A DNA stretch of 64,000 nucleotides from Chrysomallon squamiferum (GCA_012295275.1 CM022674.1:7626001-7690000); one strand, 5' to 3'; shown: positions 44,416-57,954, counted from the stretch's first letter. The notes: generated by a model from the sequence alone, not told the origin. Numbers and translations are program-made.

Positions 44416-44615
44416 NNNNNNNNNNNNNNNNNNNNNNNNNNNNNNNNNNNNNNNNNNNNNNNNNNNNNNNNNNNNNNNNNNNNNNNNNNNNNNNNNNNNN
44501 NNNNNNNNNNNNNNNNNNNNNNNNNNNNNNNNNNNNNNNNNNNNNNNNNNNNNNNNNNNNNNNNNNNNNNNNNNNNNNNNNNNNNNNNNNNNNNNNNNNN
44601 NNNNNNNNNNNNNNN
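44416..44615. other. Assembly gap (200 N)
   Basis: Run of N. Confidence 1.
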
Positions 44616-45900
44616 AATATTTCCCTACAAAATATTTCAAATCCAACAAGTTGATCAATCGAAGTTACATCTGGTCATGAACCCATGCTGCATTTAAGTA
44701 ATAAAGAAACCAGACAAATCTGCAACTGATAATTCATTTCATTGTTTTACAGATGCAGTTTGTCAAGGAAACAGGGTAATAATTAGCAGGACTTGATGGA
44801 TTCTTAACAGCCTTTGGAGCAGGAATGACTATAACTGTCCTCCAATCAGAAGGAAAGTCACCAGAAATCCAGATTTCATTAAAATATTTAGAAGAGCTGG
44901 GTAAACATGTAAGTAATTAGTAGTATGGACACTACCAGAAGGGTTGGGACTAATTTTCATGGAGAAATCAAGAAAAAGAGACAAATTACAAAGGGTCAGA
45001 TCTATGAAAGTGACTGTACCATTTACAGAGTGAAAATATGTATGGCTGTTATCATTAAAAAGAATCAAGTCTTTTTAGAGAATTAAATCTTCCAATTATT
45101 TACCTCTGTTTTTCACCTTCTTCATATTCCTACAAGGTGTGATGATGCCTGAAATCTCCCATTAGAATAAAAAGGGACAGGAGTTGGCCTACAAGATCTT
45201 GAAGGTCCTTAAGATTAAAACTGAAATGTTTCGGAGGAGGTAAATAAACTGAACACATAGTTTTATGACTGCAGCCAATAAGTTTAGTATTTTATGCAAC
45301 TTTACTCTGGGAAATATTTTCATTAACAAGAAAGAAAACTTTCTTGGAAACTCTGTTTTTGATTTCCTTGAATTTGTGACTAATAATATTAGTGTCTTTG
45401 GGGGAAGTTTTCTGAAAACATATTTAACAACTAATTCATCAAAAGTGGGTCAAATCCAGGGAGCCTGATGAGCCTCTTGAAAGATTCTTAGAATCCTGAG
45501 AGATCTGTACTGATTTAGAATAAACTGTCTTTACTTTAGCATTCCATTTCTTTGTTTTCTGAATGTCAGAAATCTTTTTAAATTTATCCTCATCATTTGA
45601 CCATGTTACGTTAGTCTAATAGCAGCAGCATATGACAAGTCCTACTAATTATGAAGATTAATCAACATTTTTCTAGCCTCAGGGAATTACAGATAAGTAG
45701 TACCATCTTTGTTCCTAGTAAAATTAAACAAATCAATAGCTGTTAGCTGCATGAACTCTGGACCAAAGTGAAGAATTGTCAGTGACAATGTACTTAGTTG
45801 CAGACATCAATCATGACTCAACTGCCAGGATCCCATCATCCACTTCACATGTCAAATCTCACAACAAGGTGCCTCATTCGAGGTGGTGGTGCAGTTCTTA
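44616..45900 (-). mobile_element. Decayed, internally deleted non-LTR retrotransposon (I/Nimb/Jockey-like) in MIB-like intron 12
   Basis: ORF1-tail remnant (FPEARK...SYAAA), AP-endonuclease remnant (TMCSVYLPP...FILMGDF...ILFNDNSHTYFHSVNGTVTFIDLTLC) and RT N-terminal remnant (NEIWISGDFPSDWRTVIVIPAPK...PANYYPVSLTNCICKTM), with stops and frameshifts. Confidence 0.85.
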
Positions 45901-46297
45901 GAATGTTCTTGTTTACAATTTTATTTCTAAGAAATCATTGTACAACTTTAAATTTATGTGTTTTGGGGTTGTGGTTACAGCATACAAATTATAAACCTAG
46001 GATTACATGAAAGACAATGATATAATAAAAATAAAAGCAAAGAGTGTTCACATACTCAAAATGTTCTTCAGGTACAGCCAGTATGTGATAACCAGACTAT
46101 AATGGGTTTGTTTCAGGAACAATTAATATTCTAATTAGCTAAGTTGTTTAAAATTTGTTTCATGATGATACTTTATAGCGATCTTAATGATATGTGACTA
46201 CAAAGTTTAAAATAATAATAATAATAATAATAATAAAATCTTTAAAAAATTCTGATAAAGGCAACTGACTGACTTGACAGCTGAAAGCCGTACATAC

Positions 46298-46446
46298 TTT
46301 TCTTTATTATTCATTACAGCCACATGAAAAGCAGACATCCCCTCACTGTTGAAAATGTCACATCTAATTTTCTTCACCTTCATCAACATCTCACAAATTG
46401 GGTAGTTATCCATAGCATCATGGAGTGGAGTGTCTCCATCATTGTC
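46298..46446 (-). CDS. MIB-like exon 12: ankyrin repeats
   Basis: DNDGDTPLHDAMDNYPICEMLMKVKKIRCDIFNSEGMSAFHVAVMNNKE; GTATGT donor, phase 2. Confidence 0.88.
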
Positions 46447-47467
46447 CTTTTGTCAGAACAAACTCAATGTTTACATAATATAAGAGATCATGTTTTCAAA
46501 AATAATTATATAAAATTATATGATTAAGAAATAATTTTATAAATCACAATAAATTGACAATTAATAGATGCAATACAAAGTTAAAACTTTATTATAAAGC
46601 TACAAGAATAAATGTATCAATGCAAAATTTGCAAACAGGAATAATAATTAGAAAAGGGCATTTTTTGAATTAGGTGGGTTTTTGGGTTTTTTTTTTCTAT
46701 AACATAATTAGAATCAAGGCTCAAAATTAAATAAATATATATTTAAATGTATTTTGTGAACTTCAGTTGAAAATACATGAATAAGGTACTGAGGAAAAAT
46801 ATACTGTGCCATTGTATTAAAAATTAATCTCTCTCTCTCTCTATATGTGTGTGTGTGCCTATATATACACATGCATATACACCTTTGAATAAATAAAAAG
46901 AAAATATGTGACATGTTAATAAAAAATGAATACATATATAACCTGTGTGTTAACATCACATCCCTTGTCAGTGAGGATTTTCACAATTTCTTTATTGTTT
47001 GCAGTCACTGCTTGGTGACATGTTGTCAGTCCTTTTTTATTCTTTTTGTTCATGTCAGCACCTTTATCAATTAGGATTTTCACAATTTCATCTTTGCCTC
47101 TGAAAAACATAATAATCATGAAATGACACAATGTTTATCTGTGTTACATAAAAGTATAATTACAGCATTAAAGAGAATAGCGATGCAATAATTTAAAGAT
47201 ACACATTTAACTTACAGTGAAACCACATGATGAAGTGATATGTTATACAAATGTTATATATTTAACATACTGTTAAACAGCATGATGAAATGATCTGGTG
47301 TATAAAAATCTAGATATAAATTGTAAAATAGTATGATGAAGTGATCTTATATAAAGAAAGAGATTTAACTTAGTGTGAAATGTTAAAAAAATACCAATCT
47401 AACTATGAAGCAGCCAGTTGAAATATGTTGTATAAAGATACAGATACATCATAATAAAACAGCATGA

Positions 47468-47507
<40 letters not shown>

Positions 47508-50500
47508 CATCTTAATAAAACAGCATGATGAAATGAAATGATATTAAATAAAGATATAGATTTAATTTACTATGAAATAGCATGATTAAGTGATCACATA
47601 TAAAGAAAGAAATTTAACTTAGTGTGAAATAATGTTAAATAAATACTCATCTTACTATATAGCAGCTAAATGAAATGATATGTTGTATAAAGATTTAACT
47701 TCCTCTGAAGTGATGTTATGTAAAGTTTAACTTACTGAGAAACAGCAAAATGAAGAGCAGTGTCTCCTTCTTCGTCAACCAGATTTGGATCAGCTTTATA
47801 CGATAAGAGAATTTTCACAACTTCACTGCTACCTGTGTAGCAAGCCAGTTGTAATGGACTGTTTCCATCCACAGTGTCGTTCACCTGCATATATGTATAC
47901 ACCTTTTCTTAATAAAACCTTTCATTATGGAATAAAAATGTTTTATTTCTGATCATCCTTTCTCTTATTATATATATTTAAAATTTTGTGCATTACAAAA
48001 TGCCCCAAATATGTAGTCTGAAAACAAATAAAAAGAAAAATAAAGAAAAAGAAAAATCCCTCAGTAATCTTAGTTTGATGGTTAATGTCAGTTACTCTGA
48101 ACTGGTTTAACTGTTGTGTTTAAAACTGTACATAGTTATAGAGTCAACACACTGATTAAAACCTCCTCAATATACATGTCACAAAATTTGATTTAAACCT
48201 AATTTGAGATAACTTTGAATTTATCATGTGCAATCTAGCAGAGACTGAAATATCTTTAACTGATGAAATATGAATAATAAAAAAATAAAACAAATTGTAA
48301 TTTGTTACCAAGGTGGGACTGACCAGCTCATATACTTTATATTTCATATGAAAATATCTTTGAATGTGGTACAAAAATACACATTTTTGCAATAGTATTA
48401 TGGAAAAAATGCTATGACATTAGAACTATGATGTTGCTTTTAGGATTATGAAAATAATCTGATCAAAAAAGGATTATTGGAAACAATATAATCAAACTAG
48501 GACAATGGAGAAAAATCCTGTCAAACTAGGAATTAGTTTACGATGTTAGCAAACAAGGATTTGGAAAAAGATGTTATCAAACAATAACTATGGAAAAGAT
48601 CAAGGGTAGGGGGAAAAAATAGAATTATGGAAAAGATCTTACCAAACCAGGATTATTGGAAAGAATTTCTTTGACAGTTTTGATGTCTTCTTGTGCTGCT
48701 GCTTCTATAAGTCGTTCAGATAAACTGATTTTATCTCCCTTCTGTATCAGTGACAAAATCATTTCACTAATGTTACTCCCTATGTCTGAAAATGCTAAAA
48801 AAAAAATATCATTCGTATGAAAACTTTTATTTTTTATTATTTTATTTTTTTAAATTTATCTTTCCAATTCATTTTCAAAAAATGAATAGATGTTAGGTAT
48901 AGTACATTTATTTATTTACAGCAATATACTTTTATTTTGAATAAACTTATTTTAAAAATAAATAAATTTTAATTTGTTTGTGTTGTTTATCATCTAATTT
49001 ATCATTCCAATTGATTGTTAAAAAAGGATGAATTTAGAGTATTGATTATTTATTTATTAGCAGCAATTTGTTGTTGTTTTTTTGTTGTTGTTGTTCATTC
49101 TGTTTGTTGTTTATCTGTTTTATTGACAACATAGAAATGAACATTATCTTAATATATAACTTTGCTATAAGTTACACAGAATAATGATCAGTACACTGAG
49201 ATAGGAATTCGTCTAATTCTTTGTACATCAAAACCTACTAAGAACTTCATCTCAAGAAGTACCAGTACATCATAATTATAGAAAGTTGGTGTTTGCAGAC
49301 TGATAAACTTTATTAGATGTTTTTTGTTAACAGTCTATATATGACATCCCATGATATTTTCAGCAAAACTGTTTGACATCAGATGAAATTGACTGTAATT
49401 TTAATTCATATCTCTTGAACAGCTCTGTTTTAAAGTGAATAATACAATTGAATAGTTACTTACCACCAGGAATTATTTCCATTGGTGTCTCTGATACCTG
49501 GCGTTTTGATCTATTCTCATCAGCTGACTCTACATACTGACAACACACAGGACTAAACATCCACTGCTGTTCTCCTACTTTGACTGTCAGGTCACCATCA
49601 TCATCAACAGCTACAATGATTCCTAACTCACCAAGAGCCTGGCATCAAATCCACATTAATAATTATGTTAAGTAAGAGAAAGTAACTCATACAAACTAGC
49701 TAGGTTATACATGATCTATTTGACGTCATTTTGTGATTGTGTTACATGATGTTTGAATTTTCAGAAACGAAATATAAACAATTTAAAAATAATTTTAATT
49801 CCATTCACTGAGAAAATTAGAAACTTTACATCGCAGAAAGAAATAAAATACTGGGATAAAAAATGAAATCAATTATACTAGTCATAATAATGAACTAATT
49901 GACTAATCAAATTTCAAATAATATCAAAATGAACTTAGTGCTGCTCACTGGAGTTTACAAAACAATCTGAAATGAAATCAAGATAAAAATAAATTTATAC
50001 TTTTTCCATTTCATCATTCCAGCCACCATGTCCTTCCTGCAGCTCCTGAACAGCATTGATGTTTTCCAGAATTTGAACAGTCTCACCAACAGAAAATGAG
50101 TGAATCTGAAAAAAGTGAAAACAGTAGATGTGAAACACATAAATATTTCTTAATTCATAGTAAAGAAAAAACAAACAAACATAAATTATATTAAAAATAT
50201 ATATAGAATATTTAGATACATATAGATATTTCTTTACTTTAAAATACATAGAAAATAAATGACCCAAATAAATACTTCTGAAAAATAAACAGAACAGCAT
50301 AAAATGGAATTTCGTTAAAAAATAAATAAAACAACATAATAAATATTACAAATATATCATTTTAAATTAAAAATAAAGAAAAGACCAATTAAAAATGAAG
50401 AAAAAACATTAAAGCAATACTTTTCAAAATTAAATTACATAAAGACTATAGAAATATTTCTTTAATTATATCTAAAGAACCCAAGATAAAACAAATGTAC

Positions 50501-53001
50501 AATTTAAATTAAAATTAAATAAATAACAGATTACCTTAGTTAATACTGATCTATAGAAATACCATGTCTGTGCATCTTCATACTGAACTTTTGCTATACT
50601 TGAGTTTTCTATTTCAATGATTGTTCCTAACTGTGACAAATACTTGAAAAAAAAAAAAATAATAATAATTATAAAAACTAAAAACATTAACAATAATAAT
50701 AATAATAATAATAATAATATAAGGACAATAGTGTTGCTCTGATATTAAGATATCCTCTAGTCACTACTGACCGCAGAAGAAAGATATTTGCATAATTTTA
50801 TTTTATAAACACAAACACACGCACACACACACACACCACATTTATTTTCATTTGGTAATTATTGTGAATAAATAAACATTTATGTTATAATTAATTAAAG
50901 TAAATAAATACAAACATCAGATATCTTTTCATGCCACATTCCTTTAGTTTCTGAAAAAATTTTCTTCACCACTTTGGCATCTATATCCACTTGTACCTTG
51001 TCTCCAGGTTTCAGCTGATATTCTGACTGGCTTCTCACATCTAAACCAATAAACTACATTGGTTAATATTTTATCTTCATCATTATCCTCCTCATCATAA
51101 TCTCATCATGTGCATCATCATTATTACTATTATTATTTAATAATATTATCTGTGATAATTTAATCAAAGTAAAAATGGTATTAAAATAAAACTCAAAAAC
51201 GTATTGAAGTTTTGGACCACGCGCCAGTTAATAATAATTTTGGTAATACTGATATGTAGCACAGAAGTGTGATACATTACAACGAACGAGTTGAATAGCG
51301 CTATTGCGGCTTCACTATGATCCGCACACTTTGAGTACATGTGATCCGTGTGAACTCTTCGGGGATTCCCCAAGAGGATCTGGGACCTGGGGAAAAATTT
51401 AACGTGCTAAACAGAGCGTGCTATTGCGAAGCACGTGTACGACAGGCATGCTTTCTCACAGGTCATCATTATTACTATTATTATTTAATATTATTATCTG
51501 TGATAATTTAATCAAAGTAAAAAAAAAAGATATTAAAATGAAAGTCAAAAACTATTATGAGCTTCTGTGGTACATCTATAGTGCTTCTTTTAAAATTAAC
51601 TAAAATTATTAAAACTTAGTATGAGTAACAGGTTTATACAGATTAAAAAACATTGTTTTTAATTAGTTTGTTAATTTATCGTTTTGATATTATTTGTTAG
51701 TATAGTTGTTATGTATTTGCTGGTAGTTTAAGAAACACACCTAACACAGGAAGATGCTGTGGAAAGTAATACATGCTTTGTGTTTCAGCAATCAGAATGA
51801 GATCCATACAACCTTCTCCTCCACATCTGTAGTTATTCATTGAACCATTTTGCCACTTAACTTCAACACCACCTCTATAACTATTTCTTCCCCACTTTAC
51901 TAAACGTATGACTTCACCAGCTTCTTTACTGCCACCTAAATTTTAAGACAAAATAAAAGGAAAATTTCTTTGAAAAGATGCAAAATTCAGATTTCAAAAT
52001 TTTCAAAACAGAAAAAGATATTTGTTAAAGGAATTTAAATGAAATGAGTATAATTAATTACCTTTATGATTACAAAATAGTGTGATGCTTATTGTCACAA
52101 TTATTGTAGGGGAAAGTTAATCTCACTTCAACTGTTATTTTTGTTGATATCTCACCATTCAGTCTATGTCATATCATATCACCTGTCATACTACATAATA
52201 ACAGGTGACAGAAAAATTAGTTGTCCATTTTGATCCATGATTATATTACTGAGTGAGCTCAATATTTATGAGGATTTTAATATCTCAGGTGAGTGGCAGC
52301 ACACAGAATCTAAACCTTGTATGAATATTTTCTTTCTACAATTTCAATGAAATGTTTTCCACTTTTATTTGTAATATTTGTCAGATTATTTCTTTTTGTA
52401 TTATATATTAATGAAAATATAAAATTTCAGTAGGTATCACATTAATAAATATAGAGGAACATATCATTAATTTCATCAGGTAGTTCCTCAAATAAAACAT
52501 CAAATAATTGATAAATAATAACACACAAAGATTATAAAAATCAGTCTTATGATTAGTATAAAATTACTAAACTTCTTGGTGTTAATTCTTCTAATTGTAA
52601 AATTTTAACACAAAAAACTCCATTTTAACCATAAATGTATTTTAACATAGTAAGAAGTACACTACTGACCTCATTATGAACTCTTTACTGCGAAAATACT
52701 TACCATCCTGATTACTCCACTTCCAGTGTAACCCTCTCTTAACACTAGCACCTGGCAAAATTCCATGCAGAGTTTCTGGTTTTAGCAAATTTCTTGAATC
52801 TATAGGCACTCTAAAAATTATATTAACAGAAATGAATATGTCCTGTTTCAAACGTGACTATTATATATATTTTAATAAAAATATTGGAAGTAAATAATAT
52901 TATTAAGCAATAATACATACCTTTTTGAAATCGTTTGAGAAGATAAATTAGTATTAAATTCAGCAAAAATAAATGTGCAAAACTCTTAATAGTAAAAGGT
53001 A

Positions 53002-53048
<47 letters not shown>

Positions 53049-55521
53049 CGGTATTTTTTTTTTTTTTTTTAATGTAATCTCAGGTTTGCTAACTTACAGT
53101 GTAGATTGCTGTGTTTGATGGAGAAGGAAAGGATGACTAAGATCATGTTTTCCACTCATGTAACACAGAGTGCAAAGGTCGAAGTCACTGCAGGTAGCAC
53201 AATTCCATCGCATACCTTCTATTGGATCCATTTTGCAAACATCACATGCAATACCGTCATGAACACAACCTAAAAGTTACATAATACTGTTTTTGTGAGT
53301 TAATGATGATGATGAGAAGGAAATAATCATTACGTTCTAAATATGGTAAAATGTTATATATTAATAACAATGGAAGACATACAAAAACTAGTTACACTAA
53401 AAAGGTCTGAAAAATGGACGCAAAATAATTCAATTTGGAAGTTTAAAAATTTCCGAGAGCTCACAGAAACTTCCGATCGAAATTAATACGGCAGCGTCGA
53501 ACTCCGATCAGTGTTTATACACGTTTCGCTTACGACGTCGCCAGACAAAAAAAAAAAAAAAAAGATAAAATAATAATAAAATAAAATAAAATAAATAATT
53601 TTCACAGACCCTGGCGCGTGAACATGAAGATGACTATTTTTGTTATGTACCATAATGTGGACACGTTACTCTGCTAAAACTCCATACGAGACACTTCTCA
53701 GTACGAAGTTGTAAAACGATACTTGAAACCATTATATTCTTTTTTATATATATGTATTTCCTTTTTCAATGCAGTTGAGGTCATATTTACCTGTAAAAAG
53801 CAAACTAATCACGTTTTATCTGAATGATTGCCTTGATACATTCATTATAACGCTTGAATCAGTCTTACAACAGAACATTTTTTTTTTTTAAATTGAAGGT
53901 CCGTCAACCGGCCTTATAAAATGTTTAGTCTTTTTCGTTAAAACAAAAAACATTCAACTTCTAAAACATGTACTATTATGTATTCAAACAATGAGTTTCC
54001 TATTTTTATTTTAAAAAAATCATTGGTCCATGCTACTTAGATTATCATTATGGTTATTTATAACTTCAAATTAATAATTTATTAGCGAGAAAACAAAATT
54101 ACTCCAAGATTGTTTACCTCTGTAGATAATAAAATGACATTTTTGCTTTGGTTTTCTTTAATATTCCTGATTCACTTTTTATTTTTTATTTTATTTTATT
54201 TTTTTAGGGATAATTAGATTTTGGTTCGGCACGGACGCTGGTGACAGACGACATCTGTAGAAGGGACATAACTGATGCTGTATTTCCGCATGATATTCAT
54301 GCTTTAGAAGTTTATAAATAAATAAATAAAATAACATAATCATTATCTTGTGTTATACATATGAATTTATTACTACTACTATTTTATTTTTATTTTCAAA
54401 ACATTCGAAAGATTCAAAGAAAAACCTGTAATTCTGTTTATTTTAGAAACGATTCCGTACTTAATTTTGAGATTAACACGAACGACATCTACAGAAGGGA
54501 CGTAACTAATACTTTATTTTTCGCAGTATTTTAGAGGTTGAGAAATTATTATTTGTCGGAGCCCTCGTCGAATAACTACATCTTGTTATTTAAAGATTCC
54601 TGACACTACAATATAGCCTGTTCACTGAACCTGATGCAAACAAAACAGTTGTGTTCTATTAATAGTGTGATGTAAGGGGAATAACTGTAATAAAGCGAAT
54701 GATTTGTACATGTCAGAGTTTAAGAAATGAGAAAAGAGGGCTAATAAATCCATCGAAGTCTTACATGCGTTCGCGTCATCTATGCTGCTGCATAATTGTG
54801 TAGCTACATAAAAGTGCTCCAGAACAACAAGAATATTTCCTTAAACGCTTGTATTAAGCCTTTCAGAATAAAATTATTTTCAGTTTCAGTACAGTGCACA
54901 ACGTACTGACAATAAACAACTGACGTATTATGATAAAAACTAATTTATGAAAACTGTTCTTAGAAGAAAGAAATAATGAACGTATCGATATAGATATCAT
55001 TTGTTAATGATTAATATTTTTCGAATCTCACCTATTTAAAGAGAGTTTGTTTGGTTTTCGTTTATTTATTTATTTAGTTAGTGGGTTAGTTTTCATGATC
55101 TAAATGACGGAGTAATAATTACTCTGCTAGCTCTAACGCAGTAATCCTGCAGGATTTCGAAACTGACTTTGTTCCTATTATTGCAGCTGCTGCTGCTGTT
55201 ACTACTATTACTACTGCTACCATTAAAACATCTGCTGCAACAACAACACTAAATAAAATTATCAACACTATAGAGGAGGAATCTGACAGATGTTTTTATT
55301 TTTCTAAATATTTTACCTGTCGGTGCGTTATCATATATTTTGAGTTCGTGTCGTCCATCATATCCAGCACGATAATGACCTTCGTGACCTATGTCCCATA
55401 TGACCTTCACCTTGCCATTAGCGACATCCTCTTTCACAACAGTTCCAAGACCACCTTCGCCACCATCTTTCCGTTCACCAGCCCAGTCTGGACCTCGAAC
55501 TACACGTGCTCCTACCGACAT
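46298..55521 (-). CDS. Mind bomb-like E3 ubiquitin ligase (MIB1/MIB2 family), 3'-partial, 12 exons, ~596 aa
   Basis: Exons 55521-55317, 53269-53098, 52810-52704, 51935-51741, 51040-50916, 50642-50535, 50105-50001, 49638-49464, 48785-48643, 47884-47736, 47099-46943, 46446-46298. All GT-AG, phases consistent, no stops. Domain order MIB/HERC2, ZZ, MIB/HERC2, MIB repeats, ankyrin is diagnostic of mind bomb. Confidence 0.92.
46943..47099 (-). CDS. MIB-like exon 11: ankyrin repeats
   Basis: GKDEIVKILIDKGADMNKKNKKGLTTCHQAVTANNKEIVKILTDKGCDVNTQ. Confidence 0.9.
47736..47884 (-). CDS. MIB-like exon 10: ankyrin repeats
   Basis: VNDTVDGNSPLQLACYTGSSEVVKILLSYKADPNLVDEEGDTALHFAVS. Confidence 0.9.
48643..48785 (-). 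CDS. MIB-like exon 9: linker and first ankyrin repeat
   Basis: DIGSNISEMILSLIQKGDKISLSERLIEAAAQEDIKTVKEILSNNPGL; GTAAGA donor. An alternative in-frame acceptor lies 9 nt upstream. Confidence 0.8.
49464..49638 (-). CDS. MIB-like exon 8
   Basis: ALGELGIIVAVDDDGDLTVKVGEQQWMFSPVCC...; GTAAGT donor. Confidence 0.88.
50001..50105 (-). CDS. MIB-like exon 7: MIB repeat 2
   Basis: IHSFSVGETVQILENINAVQELQEGHGGWNDEMEK (LQxGHGGW motif). Confidence 0.9.
50535..50642 (-). CDS. MIB-like exon 6
   Basis: YLSQLGTIIEIENSSIAKVQYEDAQTWYFYRSVLTK; 108 nt, phase 0/0. Confidence 0.85.
50916..51040 (-). CDS. MIB-like exon 5: MIB repeat 1
   Basis: DVRSQSEYQLKPGDKVQVDIDAKVVKKIFSETKGMWHEKISD; phase 1 to phase 0. Confidence 0.85.
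51741..51935 (-). CDS. MIB-like exon 4: end of second MIB/HERC2 domain
   Basis: GGSKEAGEVIRLVKWGRNSYRGGVEVKWQNGSMNNYRCGGEGCMDL...YYFPQHLPVL. Confidence 0.9.
52704..52810 (-). CDS. MIB-like exon 3: start of second MIB/HERC2 domain
   Basis: VPIDSRNLLKPETLHGILPGASVKRGLHWKWSNQD; GTAAGT donor. Confidence 0.9.
53098..53269 (-). CDS. MIB-like exon 2: ZZ-type zinc finger
   Basis: GCVHDGIACDVCKMDPIEGMRWNCATCSDFDLCTLCYMSGKHDLSHPF; phase 1 to phase 2, GTAAGT donor. Confidence 0.92.
55317..55521 (-). CDS. MIB-like exon 1: first MIB/HERC2 domain
   Basis: MSVGARVVRGPDWAGERKDGGEGGLGTVV...VIWDIGHEGHYRAGYDGRHELKIYDNAPT, then G|GTAAAA donor. Confidence 0.92.
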
Positions 55522-56359
55522 CACTCTAAGTCTCTTTCAAAAAGAATTAAATGGAATAATTTTGCAGTGAAAATATTTATCTCTGTCTGTAGGTCTGTCT
55601 ATATGTCTTTCTATTTGTCTGTCTACTTGCCTGCCTGTCTGTCTATATGTCCTACTATCTATCTATCTATCTATATGTCTGTCTGTCTGTCTATATTTCT
55701 ATTTATTTGTCTGTCTGTATTTCTATTTATGTATCTGTCTATATTTCTATTTATTTGTCTGTCTCTCTGTCTATCTACACAGAGTGGTACGTTTCTCTAG
55801 CAGACTCTGAGATGAGCGGTCATCTACGATGTACGGACAGTTTTCCGGGTCCCATTTCTTTTCACTGGATATGTCCCTTAGATCAGCGGTCACCTACCGA
55901 ACGCGATTTTGGAAAGCATTTTTAAAATTATAATTCAACTGCTAAATGTATTTGGATTTTTTTCTCCAATATTAATAATTTTATTGTTGTACGGCAGTTT
56001 TATACTATATTTTCTGCGCTGCACAATGCATTCTGGAATTGTTGCTTCTGTCGAATACAAGAATCTGCGAAATGCAGTCGCTTCGCTGTTAAACCATTTG
56101 GTACACAACTTTGATGATGTTTAGCGGTCTTTGAGGTCGAAAAACATAAATATAATTTATGCTTATTATGACTGTTACGAACTGCAAAAGTACGATTTAT
56201 TTACATTTGTCAATGAACGCGATATGTTTGTTTTACAGTTTAGCAGAAAGCTCTGGCGCTTGATGTAATTTTCGGCCACGACTGTTTATGTTTGTTATGG
56301 GTTCTGGTGTGGTGGATGTGAACAACGATAGTAAATAGGTCCTTACAAGACAGGTTTCA

Positions 56360-56394
<35 letters not shown>

Positions 56395-56734
56395 TGGCTC
56401 GCTCAGTTGAATAAAATTAATAGACATATTTTTACTACTACTGATAACTGATAAAAATGATAATATTTATAAAAGGTTTAATATTCATCATTACACATTT
56501 TTTAATTTGCTAAGCGTCATCCTTATTATAAATATTTCCAATACCTTTGCAGATTTATATATAAACGTTTACACATATACCGTAATTAATTTTGAAAACA
56601 AAACCAAAGCTAAAAACGAAGAAAAAAACGAAAAAATAAATAAATATATATATATTTAAATAAATACGAAATATAACCGTCTAAAGGTTTTAATAATTTT
56701 TGCAAGTATTATGATGATGATGATGATAATAACG

Positions 56735-56778
<44 letters not shown>

Positions 56779-57954
56779 CGTTATTATTATTCTGTTTATA
56801 TGAGTCTGGACATCAAAAAATCATTTTTAGATTTCCTTTGAATAGAAATCTTACGAAATACGCGGTTTAACGTTTCCTGAGTAGGGTCATGTATCATATA
56901 TCGAGACAATAGTTGTGACAAGTTTTTACGTGTTTGTCTAAATTACATCCTGGTATGTAAAATCTTGTGGATTAAATGTCTATTATTGTTATGTTTCATT
57001 TCACCGCAAAACTGAAACTAAATATATCTTCTTTAAAGTATAAACAATTTTTTATATTACTAGGTTTACCGTATCTGGTTAAAACTGTCAAACTTACCGG
57101 GTAAACAGTGTATTTGTTATCTTGTTCTGCATTGTGGTCGTTCGGCTTTACCTCAGTCTTCGTAGCAATTATCCACACTGATATCTGCATGACAAAGGCA
57201 TGTCGGGAACGTTTCAAATATAGACGACCCGTCATACTACAGTGATAATTCGTTTATAGAGCATTTTTATCTGCTACAGTCGTTACCATTTTGCGCTTCG
57301 TAGCGGTCAAGTTCCATTTCCTATTCACAAGATATTACTCTTACTATTATTATTATTGTTGTCGTTGTTGTTATGCAATGGACTGCTAGAAATTTAAATT
57401 AAACAAATGTTAAATTTAAATTAAATAAATGTATGAAATACAACCGTACGTTTTCTCCTTTTGCTTCTTCTTATCAAAAACAGCTCGTCACACAGCGTAC
57501 GCACCGAAACACCACGGCCCATTTCTTTCTCAACAGCTCTACTTTACCTTGGATCGACATGGACTGGTGTTTACGTTTGACACCATGAGAGATAGTTTCA
57601 CTTGTCTTAGAAGCCATAGCTAGGTGAAGTTGAAGCGAAATAAGCTAAGAATCTCACAGAATTGCGGTATCACAGAAGTGCAGTGTAAATAATGTAAATA
57701 AGCACGCCCTACACATAACGCATTCTGTGGCTGCCCAGTAAACAATTCTCTATGTAATTTTGTCCGGACTAAAGGAGGTGCCGGGAATTCGGTGGTGTAC
57801 CTGCAGTATAAATAGGTGAAAGACTTATCCTCGTGGAGCTGGTTACGATTCGATATGCTGGACACTCTCTTGTGTCCTGCCTAATACTAATTTTAGTAAT
57901 AATCCCTTTCTGTTTCCTTCCCAAAAACTATTTTTCTACGGCAGACACGCCCGC

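Noticed and set aside
44311-44697. ORFs spanning the N run
   Set aside because: Gap artefacts.
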